DNA of 64,000 nucleotides from Octopus vulgaris (Eukaryota): NCBI GenBank assembly GCA_951406725.2, contig OX597821.1, positions 114,700,001 to 114,764,000 of the forward strand, read 5' to 3'. Shown piece by piece: positions 23,560 to 37,237 of this stretch (position 1 is its first letter; each line of letters starts with the position of its first letter). The notes under the pieces were generated by a model. It saw only the letters and a program-made list of their open reading frames with translations, ran no database searches and was not told where the DNA came from. The position numbers and the translations under genes were made by a program.

Positions 23560-26510
23560 TGTAATCTTCTGTCGGACTGGTATAACGTCCGTTCCAGTAT
23601 AGCAGTATAGTTAAACAAGTAAGACACGACTATCTATATGACCGACTGATCTCACCTGACTGCTCAACGTCACCGTATTTGTAGCGACAATCAAATACCA
23701 CTCGTCACGTGGGATGGGTATTGCGTTATTACTATTTTCCCCATAACATCTCGCCCTTTAAGTCTTTCTTTTTTTTTCTTAGGGAGTGTAATTTTATTTC
23801 TTTTTATTAGCAATAAATTTTTGGTTCACTTCACCCCCGCTTTCTTTCCATACAGTTACACATTTAATATTTTTTTCGTTTGGCATTCACTTCCAGGAAC
23901 TCCATACATTTCCTTTATCTTTCGCTTGTGCGTCTGGGTTCAATTACTTGTAGTGGTGTTGCTACTTGATAAGTATCATATAACCGAAGGCAGCGAGCTG
24001 GCAGAAACGTTAGCACGTCGGCCGAAATGCTTAGCGGTTTTTCGTCTGCCGCTGCGTTCTGAGTTCAAATTCCGCCGAGGTCGACTTTGCCTTTCATCCT
24101 TTCGAGGTCGATTAAATAAGTGCCAGTTACGCACTGGGGTCAATGTAATCGACTTAATCCGTTTGTCTGTCCTTGTTTGTCCCCTCTGTGTTTAGCCCCT
24201 TGTGGGTAGTAAAGAAATAGGTATTTCGTCTGCAGTTTCTTTCTGAGTTCAAATTCCGACGAGGTCGGCTTTGCCTTTCATCCTTCCGGGGTCGATAAAT
24301 TAAGTACCAGTTACGTACTGAGGTCGATCTAATCGATTTAATCCGTTTGTCTGACCTTGTTTGTCCCCTCTGTGTTTAGCCCCTTGTGGGTAGTAAGGAA
24401 ATAAGTATTATATAGCCTTTCCATTGGTTCTTTCATTCTTTTGCGTTTGCTCTCAACGAACCTTTTTTTTTTAGTTGGTTCCTGTGTCTCTAGTTTACCC
24501 CTTTTCTTCCTTTTACCAAGTATAGCACTTTTCCTGTGCGTTTGGTAATCACACCATCTTCCCAACTTTGTTTTCCGTCCTTATACGCCCTAACAAATAT
24601 ATTTTCACCTATTTTGATATATTTTGTTGTATCATCCATTGTAATTTTTCTTTTCTCACTAGGTAGCAATTTGTCGAAGACTGATTTTATTTTTCTCGCA
24701 AACATGAGCTCCGCTGGTGACATGCCTGCTGGTGTATTTGAATTTGGTGCCACACGGTATACTCTTAAGAATTGTTGTAGAGCTACCTCATCCGTGACTT
24801 CCTTATTCGATTTTCTCAGTGCTCTCTTGAACGTATCGACAAAGCGTTCTGCTTGTCCGTTAGATCTGGGATGGTTACATATTCTACAGTGAACGTTTTG
24901 AAAATCTTCTTAAACTCAAAGGACACAAATTACGTTCCATTGTCAGACATCTGGGGTGCCAAATCTCGCAAACAGCTCTTGCAGAAAGTCTGTCGCAGTT
25001 GAGGGGGTTCGCTTTTCACATTTACAAATTTCTTGCCATTTAGAGAAACTTTCGACTACTACTGAGTAGTATAAGCCGTTTAAGAGACCAGCGAAATCGA
25101 TGTGTAGTCTCAACCATGGAATATCTATTTTTGCTTCACTTTTTATCGTCGGTACGTTTTCTGCTAGGGCACGTTTCTCTGCAGCCTTTCACTAAATTTT
25201 CGATTTCTCTATCCCTTTTTGGCCAGTATACGTAGCTACGCATTAAAGCTTTCATCATTGAAATACCATGATGTCCAACTTAGAATTCCTTCAACATTTT
25301 CTTTTGCAATGTTTCAGTTATTACTACTCTATGTATAGTTCCACGTTTTGGTTTCGTTTCGCACCAGTCCTCTTCCTATTTACTTTTCCTGTCCACAGTA
25401 TTCTTTTCATTTCTGTTATGAATTTGTCTTTTTCCGCATTTCATTTTATGTCTTCAAGGGTCACCGGTAATTCTCGTACCACATTCCATATTACATTTTT
25501 TATTTCTCTTTCTGATCTTAAAGCTGCGATTACCGTAACTTCGAATGGATCGCAGTGTTTCGGTATCAGTCTAGACAAAGCATCCGCATGCCCTAGTTAT
25601 ATTGACGGTAAATATTCCATTTTGTAATCATTATTGAATAATGCAGTGCCCCATCGCTGTAGTCTATTCGCTGTGTGAGTTGGTATTCCTTTTTAAGAAC
25701 CATGTATTGACAGTAGTGGGCGATGATCCGTTTGTAGCCAGAAACGTTTCCCATGAATAAATCTATGGAATTTTTTCACACCGAATATGATTGCTAACGC
25801 TTCTTTTTTTCAGCTGGTAATAATGATCGTGACGCACGGACAATAGCCCTTTTACTTCCATCGTCATATTTGTGCAGGAGCACTGTTCTTACACCGTAAT
25901 CTCTCGCATCTGTAGCCAACATAATATCAAGCTTCGGATCAAAATGTGTTAACGATAAGTTCGATGTTAAAATGTTTTATAATTTGTCAAATGCCGTCTG
26001 GTACTTATCAGTCCCCCACCATTTTGCACTTTCTGTAATAAATCACTGAGTGGGGCCCTTGCGTTGTGTATACCAGGGATATAAATTTGATAGTAATTTA
26101 CTAATCCCAGAAGGTATGTAGCATAGTCGCATTATTCGGGGTGGGCATATTTTTTTTTTATCTCAGTTGTTCTAGGTGGATCCAGTTTCCGTTTATTTTT
26201 ATCTATTATCTGGCCCAAATATTTAGTTTGTTTGTTTGTTTTTTTGGGGTTTTTTTTTCAGAAAGAACTCGCATTTTCTTCACTTATTTTGAAGCCGTAT
26301 TCTCTTATCTTTTCGAATACCCTTTTTATGTGTCCTACATGTTGTTCGTGTGATTCGCTTTTTATTAGGGTATCGTCTAAATAGGCGATAGCAAAATCAT
26401 AATCACCCGGTATTGTGTCCATTACTTGCTGAATTGTCGAAGGAGCCACTTATACATCGAAGGGAAACCGCTTAAATTTAAATAAGCCACGGTGTGTATG
26501 ATTAACTAGC
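23560..26510 (-). mobile_element. Decayed Ty3/Gypsy LTR retrotransposon (RT, RNase H, integrase, 3' LTR)
   Basis: THRGLFKFKRFPF, FAIAYLDD, LATDARDYGV, ALAIIFGVKKFH..QTDHRPL, PWLRLHIDFAG, SPAELMFAR; polypurine tract AAAGGGCGAGA then LTR TGTTAT...ATTACA (23748-23560). Confidence 0.9.
23987..24402 (+). mobile_element. Tandem Meta-like SINE inserted in the Gypsy element
   Basis: Two consecutive copies of the SINE core. Confidence 0.85.
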
Positions 26511-26759
26511 TGGGCCCGTGAAAACTTCACGGAAAATATAAAAGATGTAAGCATCTGTAAATTGTATGCTGGTGCCATGAGAAATGTTTCTATATTGTGA
26601 CAGTTACAGAATATAGAAAGAAGTGTAAACCAATAGCTATATAAACCAACCAAAATATCTCAGTTACGCAAACGTAAACAGAATTACTGTTTAGCCTTAA
26701 AATACAGCGTACATATTCAAAGAACCTTCTTGGTTTAGTGGACGGAACGGTCTTCTGGT

Positions 26760-26975
26760 ATTCTTTTATTGTTTTACTTGTTTCAGTCATTTGACTGTGG
26801 CCTTGCTGGAGTACCACTCTTTAGTCGAAGAAATCGATCTCTGGACTTATTCCCTGTAAGCCTGGTTCTTCTTCTATCAGTCTCTTTTGCCGAACAGCTA
26901 AGCTACGGGGATGCAAACACACCAACATCGGTTGTCAAGAGATGGTGGTTGGGGGACAAACACAGATACAAACAC
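26760..26975 (-). mobile_element. CORE-type SINE tail
   Basis: Reverse complement of the 1-265 tail. Confidence 0.75.
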
Positions 26976-27200
26976 GCACACATACATACATACATACATA
27001 CATACATACATACATACATACATACATACATACATACTGGGGTCGATTCGCTCAACTAAATCCCTTGAATGCGGTGTCCCAGCATGACCGCAGCAGAATA
27101 ACTGAAATAAGTAAAATATATAAAAAGATAATACGAGAATAAATATATTTGAACAAACTGTTTGAATTCGTATCACTTTCGATACAATATGTCTACTTAC

Positions 27201-27397
27201 ATACAAAATTCATTCAAGGAAAGTGTGCCAGTGGGATTACAGTTGCAGTGATACCATTCCTTCAAGCAACCAGGATCGTTCAAACATTCCGACATTGGTA
27301 TTGGACATTTAGCGCTCGACAACACTGAGAGTTTCACGGGATTTACCAGGAGCAGCAACATCAACATCACAAACAACATGGCTTCTCTCTTATACAT
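27201..27397 (-). CDS. Cys-rich secreted peptide, first coding exon (signal peptide plus 6 Cys); exon spans 27201-27411
   Basis: Acceptor TTTTGTTTCATTTTGTCTTTAG|, 14-nt UTR, AAC ATG; MYKREAMLFVMLMLLLLVNPVKLSVLSSAKCPIPMSECLNDPGCLKEWYHCNCNPTGTLSLNEFC; donor AT|GTAAGT; sequence not repeated in the window. Confidence 0.8.
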
Positions 27398-28189
27398 GTT
27401 CAGTTTCTGTTCTAAAGACAAAATGAAACAAAATCAACGAATTAAACAGACAAATGAAACATTATAAACACGTTTAATTGAAATGTTAAGGTTCACTATA
27501 AATAGCTTCTAATTAGTTATTCGACTTGCTAGTTTAGTGGGTCTTAGTCATCAATCCATCGCTGGTAGTACACAGTATTAAGTAGGCTACGTGTGAAGGC
27601 GAGAATGAGATCATTAATATTTGTATAAGTTTCCATATTTTTTTTTTTATTATTCGTAACATTTGCATTTATATTTTCACGTCTATCTTCTTTATCCATG
27701 ATCTATTTATCACTGATCTGGATAACAGAGTATGAATTGTGAACCATGTTACATTCATCATGAATTGATCTGTGATAATGCGGGTCGGCGAACAGCCAAA
27801 GATTTTGCTTTGACCAGCTGCAAAAATGACCACCCCCCGGCAACCATCCACAAAACTCAGAATAACTTCGGGTCTGTGAATGAAGCCTATTTTCCCCATC
27901 TGTTTTATCATTCATTTATCTTGGTGTTGTTTTGGAAACAAAATCACGCGATAAATAAAGATGGATGTACAATAATTATTTGAATACACCATACAAGAGA
28001 TAATGAATGTGGAAGTTACAAGTCTTCATTGTGTAAAATATTTTAGTTTTTTATATAAAAATTGCTGACAAAGAAATAGAAAAAAATTGCTGAGAAAGAA
28101 GTAGAAGAAATGCTTCTGGGCATTTTCTCCGACGTACTGACGATTCTTCCAGTTCGCCGCCCTATTATCAGGCCAGATATAATCTTTTG

Positions 28190-28580
28190 CTTCTCTAGGC
28201 ACAAGGCCCGAAATTTTGTGGGAGGAGGCCAGTCGATTAGATCTACTCCAGTACGCAACCGGTACTTAATATATCGACCCCGAAAGGATGAAAGGCAAAG
28301 TCGACCTCTGCGGAATTTGAAATCAGAACGTAACGGCAGACAAAATACCGATTTCTTTACTACCCACAAGGGGCTAAACACAGAGAGGACAAACAAGGAT
28401 AGACAAACGGATTAAGTCGATTATATCGACCCCGGTGCGCAACTGGTACTTATTTAATCGACCCCGAAAGGATGAAAGGAAAAGTCGACCTCGGCGGAAT
28501 TTGAACTCAGAATGTAGCGGCAGACAAAATACTGCTAAGCATTTCGCCCTGCGTGCTAACGTTTCTGCCAGCTCGCCGCT
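28190..28580 (-). mobile_element. Tandem Meta-like SINE
   Basis: Two inverted copies of the SINE core. Confidence 0.85.
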
Positions 28581-28934
28581 TTATCAGGCCAGACATAATG
28601 AGAAAAGAAACTGTGCATAGTAGCAGACATTAGTTCCCTGGTGAAATTTGACATGAACATGAAAGGAAAAGAAAACCATGGCACATAAATGAGAAACCTA
28701 ATGAGATACTCTACCCTAATTATAACATTAGATGTAAAGTAGCAATTATTGGGGTACTCGGTGATAAAACTAATTGCCTGGGTACCACTTTTGAGAGCTG
28801 AGAATCACAGAACTAGAAGCAACACTACTAATAACGAAATCATTAAAAGTCATTAATGGAATCGTGAAAATGAGATATTCCATTTAGCCTGTAAGGTGTG
28901 TGTGTGTGACATGGTGGATGTGGCAGGGTGGGTG

Positions 28935-29823
28935 CAGATAGTGTCTGACAATGGAACGCACTTTGTGTCTAGCGAATTTTAAAAATTTTGTGAAATGTTC
29001 GTTGTAGAACATATAACTATGGCGCCATACCATCCCAGAACTAACTGTCAGGCAGAACGCTTTGTCGACACCTTCAAAAGAGCCCTTAGAAAATCGAATA
29101 AGGAAGTTATAGATGAGGTTCTTAAGAGTGTACCGCGTGACACCAAATCCAAATACACCAGCAGGTAGATCACCAGCGGAGCCGATGTTTGCAAGGAAAG
29201 TAAAACCAGTCTTTGATAGATTGCTACCTGGCAAGAAAAGAACAAGTGTCTGGGAAGACACAGCAAGATTCTTTAAAGTTGGTGAAAAGGTGTAAATGAG
29301 GGCATACAAGAATGGAAAGCAGAGTTGGCGTAATTACCAAATGCATTGGTAAAACGATGTATTAGGTAAAATGTAGAAAAGGCATACAAAAGAGACACAG
29401 GAACCAGCTGAAAAAGCGATTCATGGAAAGCGAACCAAGGAAGCTGGAGGAACCAATGGAATGGTTGTACGATACGTTCCAAGTACCAACGCCAAAGCGG
29501 GAAAAGAAAACATTCAAAGTTCCTGAAAATAGATGCCAAGTGCAAAAAATATTAGATTGTACGAAAAAAAGTAAGGGGGGGGTGAATAAAAAATGTTACT
29601 AAATAAAATGACGCTTCCTAAGAAAACTTTAAAAGGGAGATGTTGTGGGGGAATTAATAATAATGGTACACCCCTTCCGCGTGACGTAAAGATGGATAAA
29701 ATAATGCGAAGCAGTTTTCCGGTCTGTTTACCGATTCTACCAGCTCGTTTCTTCAGTCTAACTCCCTATATTAATATTACATATGTGAGACCATATTTTG
29801 TATCTAATATACCGAATACAACA
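28935..29823 (+). mobile_element. Gypsy integrase fragment plus 3' LTR
   Basis: IVSDNGTHF, APYHPRTN.QAERFVDTFK, YRVTPNPNTPAGRSPAE; PPT AAAAGGGAGA then TGTTGT (29641)...ACAACA (29823). Confidence 0.85.
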
Positions 29824-30606
29824 TATTAGCATTTAGTCTACTAAATACTCTTCCTTTAGACACAGTTATAGTATGAGTATGTGTGTGTGTGTGTGTGTGT
29901 GTGTGTTTTAAATAAATTTGAGACATTGTTTCATGTTTCATATTTAAGCAGAGGGGCGTGTACTAGCTGACGGTCGTGGAAATTTCCTTGTCTTTGTCAC
30001 CCGCTCCTTGGCACCCCCAAGCACATGGTGACCCGGACGACTGCCCGAGTTGCCGGTACCTTGAGCCGACCTCGGGCATTAGTTTTGAGGGGAGGGGATT
30101 AATCGATACCATCGACTTTAGTGCATTACTGGTATCGAAAGAAGGAAAGGTATCGTTGATCTGGGGGAGATTTGAACTCAGCGCGTAAAGAATCGTGAAG
30201 GTGGGTGACCTAGTAGTTAGGGTATTGCACTCACAATCGCTGATCGTAAGTTCGATTCTGGGAACGGGTGGCGTGTTGTGGTCGTTAGCAAAACACTTCA
30301 TTTCACGCTAGTCTGCGGGTGGGAGAGTAGCAGAATCGTTGGTGTGTCGGCAAAGATGCTTTACGGTATATCTTCCGCCTCTCCGTATTCTGAGTTCAAA
30401 TCCCACCTTCCTGGAACGGGCAATAGGAAACCATTTCATTATTCACCTCGAGTTCATTCAGGGCAGCTGAAGTTCCAGTTATCCACTTAGCGACGACAGA
30501 GGAGGGCAAGGCCCTCACAGGTCGTACGTATAGAGAGAGAGTTGGGGAAGGTTCGCATAGGCTGACCACCACTAAAACTGACGTAAAAAAAAAAACCAGA
30601 ACATAT

Positions 30607-31178
30607 AGGTGCAGGCGTGACTGTGTCTTAAGAAGTTTAATTGCCGACCACATGGTTCCGGGTTCAGTCCCACTGCGTGGCACCTTGGATTAGTGTATTC
30701 TACTATAGCCTCAGGTCGACCAAAGCCTTGTGAGTGGATTTGATAAACGGAAACTGGAAGAAGCCTGTCGCAGGAGTGGCTGTGTGGTAAGTAGCTTGCT
30801 AACCAACCACATGGTTCCGGGTTCAGTCCCACTGCGTGGCATCTTGGGCAAGTGTCTTCTGCTATAGCCCCGGGCCGACCAATGCCTTGTGAGTGGATTT
30901 GGTTGACGGAAACTGAAAGAAGCCTGTCGTATATATGTATATATATGGGCGTGTGTGTATATGTTTGTGTGTCTGTGTTTGTCCCACTAGCATTGCTTGA
31001 CAACCGATGCTGGTGTGTTTACGTCCCCGTCACTTAGCGGTTCGGCAAAAGAGACCGATAGAATAAGTACTGGGCTTACAAAGAATAAGTCCCGGAGTCG
31101 ATTTGCTCGACTAAAGGCAGTGCTCCAGCATGGCCGCAGTCAAATGACTGAAACAAGTAAAAGAGTAAAGAGTAAAGA

Positions 31179-31257
<79 letters not shown>

Positions 31258-31465
31258 TGTGTGTCTGTGTTTGTCTCCCCACCATCGCTTGACAATTGAT
31301 GTTGGTGCGTTTACGTTTCCGTAACTTACCGGTTCAGCAAAAGACACCGATAGAATACTTACTAGTCTTTCAAAGATTAAAATTTATTCGACTAAAGGCA
31401 GTGCTCCAGCATGGCTGCAGTCAAATGATTGAAACAAGTAAAAGAATAAAAGAATAAAAGAATAT
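30607..31465 (+). mobile_element. Cluster of CORE-type SINEs (head, full copy 30771-31180, extra tail 31255-31465)
   Basis: A-box TGGCTGTGTGG, B-box GGTTCAGTCCC, core ATCTTGGGCAAGTGTCTT. Confidence 0.9.
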
Positions 31466-32329
31466 ACTGCCAGACATTTTTTTTATATCTCGATGCATTA
31501 ACCTTTCTGCCAATCTACCGTCCTTAGCAGACACATGAATTACATCAAATTTTGGCAGAAGGTCAGCAATTTCAGGAGTAGGTGGATAGTCTATCACATC
31601 GACCGCATTGCTCAGCGGGTACTTATTTTATCGATCTGAAAAGCAAGAAAGCCAAAGTCGACTTCGGTAGAATTTGAACTCAGAATGTATAGAACCAGGA
31701 GAGATATCCCTAAGCATTTTGTCCAAGGCAGTAACGATTCTACCTGTTCACTGCTTTAAGAAAAGATGACAGACGGAGTTGACCTCGGCGGGATTTGAAC
31801 TTGGATAGAAAGTATCGGAATAAATACCGGAAATATTCTATTCCGACGTTCTAACGATTCTACCACCACGTTACCTTTGTAGGCGCAGTTACCTCCCTGA
31901 CAGCAGGTTTAAACAAGCTCAGCTAGATGGCGCTAGAGCGTGAGATTCTGACACGAGGCCTTACGAATTTCCTCTTTTTGCACCCAGATGTCAGACCGTA
32001 AAGACGTGATCTAGTTGGCTCTCTCACACCACGCACCAGCTAGCATACAAGAGGTAACGAACAGGAGAAGATCATGAACTCCACGCATCAAACCATTTCC
32101 ATTTATCATTCAGTTTGTAGACATACATGTGGCCAGCATTAAAGACATTTAAAGTTACAGCCTTGTTTTATATATTCTTTATACCGTGTTCCTGTCAAAT
32201 GATATTACAGCCTTCTGTGTAGAGTCATATCAGATGGCTCCACAACCATGACACAAACACTACTCCATCTAAAATGGTGACCCAACGTGGAACACAGACT
32301 ATCTAAACCTTCTTTACCATCATCATTAC

Positions 32330-32550
32330 GAACCCTTGCACTCACAGGGCCGTTTCCATGAGATCGCAACGTTTCCCCTGGACAGGACGCTAGTCCATCA
32401 CATGATAACTCATTACAACTGACTGGTCTGGAGCAACGTGAAATGAAATGTTTTAGTGAAGAACACAATGCAACGCCCGGTCCGAGAAATGAAACCGTGA
32501 TCTTGCAATCGTGAGTGCAACACCTTAACCACTTGGCTGCGTACCTTCCT
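32330..32550 (-). mobile_element. tRNA-derived SINE
   Basis: Related to 11270-11580 and 47290-47465. Confidence 0.65.
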
Positions 32551-33770
32551 CAGCAGGTATATAAATCCTAAAAATTCTTACAGTAAAATATTTGTCATGT
32601 CATAATGGCAAGGCTCCTATGTAAACTCGTGTTAAGTACCTAACATCTGTCGAGATAAAAGGGGTGCCTTTTCAGATGTAGATTTGTGGAGTCTAATAAA
32701 TAAATGTTTGTAAAGTATAAAAGGATGATGCGTGAATATCATTCATGGACATCAGAGGTATTAAATGTAAGATTAGCTCAATATGATTTCAAAACAAAAC
32801 ACGAGTTTTTGTAATAAAGATAGTTACAAAAATAGATAAAAAAAATAAAAACCCATTGGCGTCGATAATAAATCTACAACACTAAAATTAGTTATCTATT
32901 TGATGTAAGTGTCCTTCAAAATACAGCGACCACGCTGACACAATAATTGATGTTCCCTTTTCAAATTGCAACATAATTACTAATTATAAAACGAACTGGC
33001 AGAGTTCAACCGAAAGGACAAATTTTGTACTGACAAGAGATTGTTTATCAACAGATTTTCACGTTCTATTTCTTACCGAGGAAGTAAACCGACATCAAAT
33101 GTATTGGTTTCCGGCTGTTGGAGTTGTTTAACCACAGATTAGCCTTGACCCAGCAGATCGTGATCATAGATAAAAGGCGCTAACGATCCCATATTTTTTG
33201 TATATCTAGAATTAAATAGTATCTAATTTAGCCACAAAAACCAGTACTTTTAAGGGAAAGGGATCAGTCGGTGCGATCGACTCACAGCACTAGACTTACA
33301 CTTTGTTTCATCGACCCCGGGCAAGGAAAGACAATGTTACTCTCGGCTATATTTGAACTCAGAGCGTAAAGAAATACCCCAAGGTATTTTGTCCAACGCC
33401 CAACCGATCTCTCTTTACACCTTGGATTAAATTGTTAGTTATGTTCCGCTCCTTACTTTCTTCTCTCGTTTCCGTAGCAACTGTTTGTTGCAGCACCTTT
33501 TCTAACTAGAATGGTACGTTTCTATTTATCTTCTATCTTTCACTTGTCTCAGTCATTAGACAGTGGCTATGCTGGGGCATTACTTGAGAAATTGTAATTA
33601 AAAGAATTGTCCCCCCGTATTTATTAAATTTTATGCCTGGCACTTATTCTATCGGTCTCTTTAGCTAAACTTATAAGTTACGAGGATGCAAAAAACCAAC
33701 ACCGGTGGTGACCCATTGGTGGGGAACAAACACAGATAAACATACATACATACATACATACATGTATACA

Positions 33771-33804
<34 letters not shown>

Positions 33805-33818
33805 CATACATACATACA

Positions 33819-33850
<32 letters not shown>

Positions 33851-34197
33851 CATTACACGCACGCACACACACACACACACATACATAGAGAGGGGGAACA
33901 AAGAGAAGAAAACGAAGAATAAATGGATGTAATTACCGATTTATCTGCATGTAAGAAGATGCCTTTTTTTGAAAAAAAAACATTACAAATAAATAAATTG
34001 ATTGGAAGTTGAAAGCTCAAAAAAAATTAATAGAAAAAAAAAACAATAAAGATCCTACATATATGTTTCTGTCGTGCCATCTTGATGATGGGAATCCCCA
34101 AGCATATTGTTTAATGCCAAGTAAGTTACCACATTCAAGCTATACTGTGGTAGGACTTCGTCGATGCTCAAAAGGAGCTAACGCAACATAGGTGATC

Positions 34198-34362
<165 letters not shown>

Positions 34363-34412
34363 ATATGTATGTATGTATGTACATGTAAATATAATATGTG
34401 ACAATTATTCTG

Positions 34413-34488
34413 TAGCCATGATAAAACTCCGAGTTTCGGATGATGTTGGGGCGGAAACCCACGCCGGCATCTCTTCAGTTATCGGGCC

Positions 34489-34490
<2 letters not shown>
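34413..34490 (-). ncRNA. Type I hammerhead ribozyme (family B)
   Basis: Minus strand: tggcc-c-gataa-CTGAAGA-gatg...catc-c-GAAA-ctcggag-TT-ttatc-at-ggcta. Intact core, bulged stem I, cleavage triplet GUU; sits in a ~105-bp island between microsatellites. Confidence 0.75.
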
Positions 34491-34571
<81 letters not shown>

Positions 34572-35059
34572 GACACGCTTCTTTCAATTTCCGTCTACCA
34601 AATCCACTCAGTAGGCTCTGCTCGGCACCCGAGGCTATAATAGAAGAAATACTTGTCCAAGATGCCATGCAATGGGACTGAACTTGGAACCATGTGGTTG
34701 GGAAGCAAACTTCTTTCTCCATTTTCTAATTGAATATTTCTTTCCTTGTGTGTGAAGGTGGGGGGGGGATTTTGTTGAGAAAAACTGATAGCCTAAGCTG
34801 AATATGGCAGATGAAATATGGCACATTTCTAACATAGATTCAAGACCAAAACACAATTTGTGCGGATGTTGAGAATTCGATCAATGAAATCAACCCGAAA
34901 TACCTGATTAGTATTTATTTCATCTTCCAGGAACATAAAATGCCAAATCTACTCCAAATGGATTTGTACCCTTCTAACCGATCCTCCTTTCTTTTTCATC
35001 TGGAGTATTTATGTATCTACTCTACAGCACGTCCTTTTATATCCTTATCCCTCTATGGG

Positions 35060-35390
35060 GAAGCACTCCGTCGGTTACGACGACGAGGGTTCCGGTTGAT
35101 CCGAATCAACGGAACAGCCTGCTCGTGAAATTAACGTGTAAGTGGCTGAGCACTCCACAGACACGTGCACCCTTAACGTAGTTCTCAGGGATATTCAGCG
35201 TGACACAGAGAGTGACAAGGCCGGCCCCTTGAAATACAGGTACAACAGAAACAGGAAGTAAGAGTGGAGTGAGAGAAAGTTGAGGCGAAAGAGTACAACA
35301 GGGGTCGCCACCACCCCCTGCCGGAGCCTCGTGGAGCTTTAGGTGTTTTCGCTCAATAAACACACACAACGCCCGGTCTGGGAATCGTCT
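35060..35390. mobile_element. SINE body related to 10815-11145
   Basis: Shared CTCCGTCGGTTACGA...GAAATACAGGTACAA. Confidence 0.75.
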
Positions 35391-35734
35391 TATCCCTCTA
35401 TACCTCTAATCTGTCATCAACTGGCACAAAACGACCGCCAACCTCACTACTATCCGCCACTACCAGCCGAGAGGGGTATTGTCTTGCAAGTTACTCTCTC
35501 ACAATGCCAAATCTTCCTGATAATTATCTATTTCATGTTTTGGGTTGATATAAGGAACCAAAGATATAGGCCAAGCCATTAAAAACTTTATTTGTCATTA
35601 TTTTCCCTTCAAAACTCTTGATTTCTTAAAAATGTTTCTTCATCGTTCTATTTCTTCAGATTGCAGCAATTTCATTTGATTTCTGTTATTAGACATAGCT
35701 TTTGGGAATATAGTGAAACAAGAACTTGCATATA

Positions 35735-35811
<77 letters not shown>

Positions 35812-35814
<3 letters not shown>

Positions 35815-36302
35815 GGTCCCGGGTTGATTCGGGGTTAACCACAGTAAATAAGGTACTCAATACATAGCAGAGTAAAATTAATTTATTATATAGAAGGAGC
35901 TTCTACAGGACTAGAACTGTTTCATTCAAGAGAAATCTTCAGGAAGCTAGTTAACAAGAATTGTATTGGCATTTATACATTTAGGCAGGTTTAAAGGGGT
36001 GTTGGTGGGGGACTTTTTGGGGGTAGGCATAGCGCAAAATATCATACTTGGGGGAGTGGTCAAGGAGTCAGTGTTAAGTTAGATCGAAGAATAAATAAAA
36101 AAATAAAAAATATAAAAAAATATAAAAATATATATAAAAAAAAGGGGAATAGAGTTTTAGGTAAATAAGGAGATTCTCACTTATACCTATGCACATATGT
36201 ATACATATATACACACACATACAAACATATATACATATACATACACACATACATACACACACACATATATATGTACATACACATATATATACACACACAT
36301 AC

Positions 36303-36376
<74 letters not shown>

Positions 36377-36782
36377 GTGTACCTATGCATACCTACACAT
36401 ACACACATATATATACACATACAAATACAGACCCATTCCCTAATTTTAATTTTATTATCTTCATTTATTACTTTTGTTATCTTTGACCGCTGGTCACAAA
36501 TATCTTGGCTATGACAGCCAGTCCATATATCTGTCTACTGAAAAACAAGCACTCATTCACTCACGCACACTCTTTAGCACGTACACTCACTCATTCGTAC
36601 ACTCATACACATACACGCTCCCACGCGTTATATTCATACATACATACATCTACATACATTCACGTATATACACATACGTACGCGTACCTACAGATTCATG
36701 TCTACACTCTTAGAAGGCTAGTCTATACATATACACCAATAAATATAAATACACACACATACATATACACCTACATACAAAT

Positions 36783-36822
<40 letters not shown>

Positions 36823-36826
36823 TCAC

Positions 36827-36879
<53 letters not shown>

Positions 36880-37034
36880 CACACATATATACACATACAT
36901 ATATATACATATATACACACATACACATACATACATATACACACACATACATATATACGTATACATACATACATACATCCATACATCCATACATACATAC
37001 ATTTATACACATACACACACCCACACGTATACAT

Positions 37035-37084
<50 letters not shown>

Positions 37085-37180
37085 GCGCATGCATACACAT
37101 ACATATACATACATATACGCATATACACATACATACATACATATACACACATATATATATATACATACACATATATATAC

Positions 37181-37237
<57 letters not shown>

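Noticed and set aside
33070-33130. CG|GTAAGA donor as a possible non-coding first exon of the peptide gene
   Set aside because: One donor motif without promoter or transcript evidence; not distinguishable from chance.
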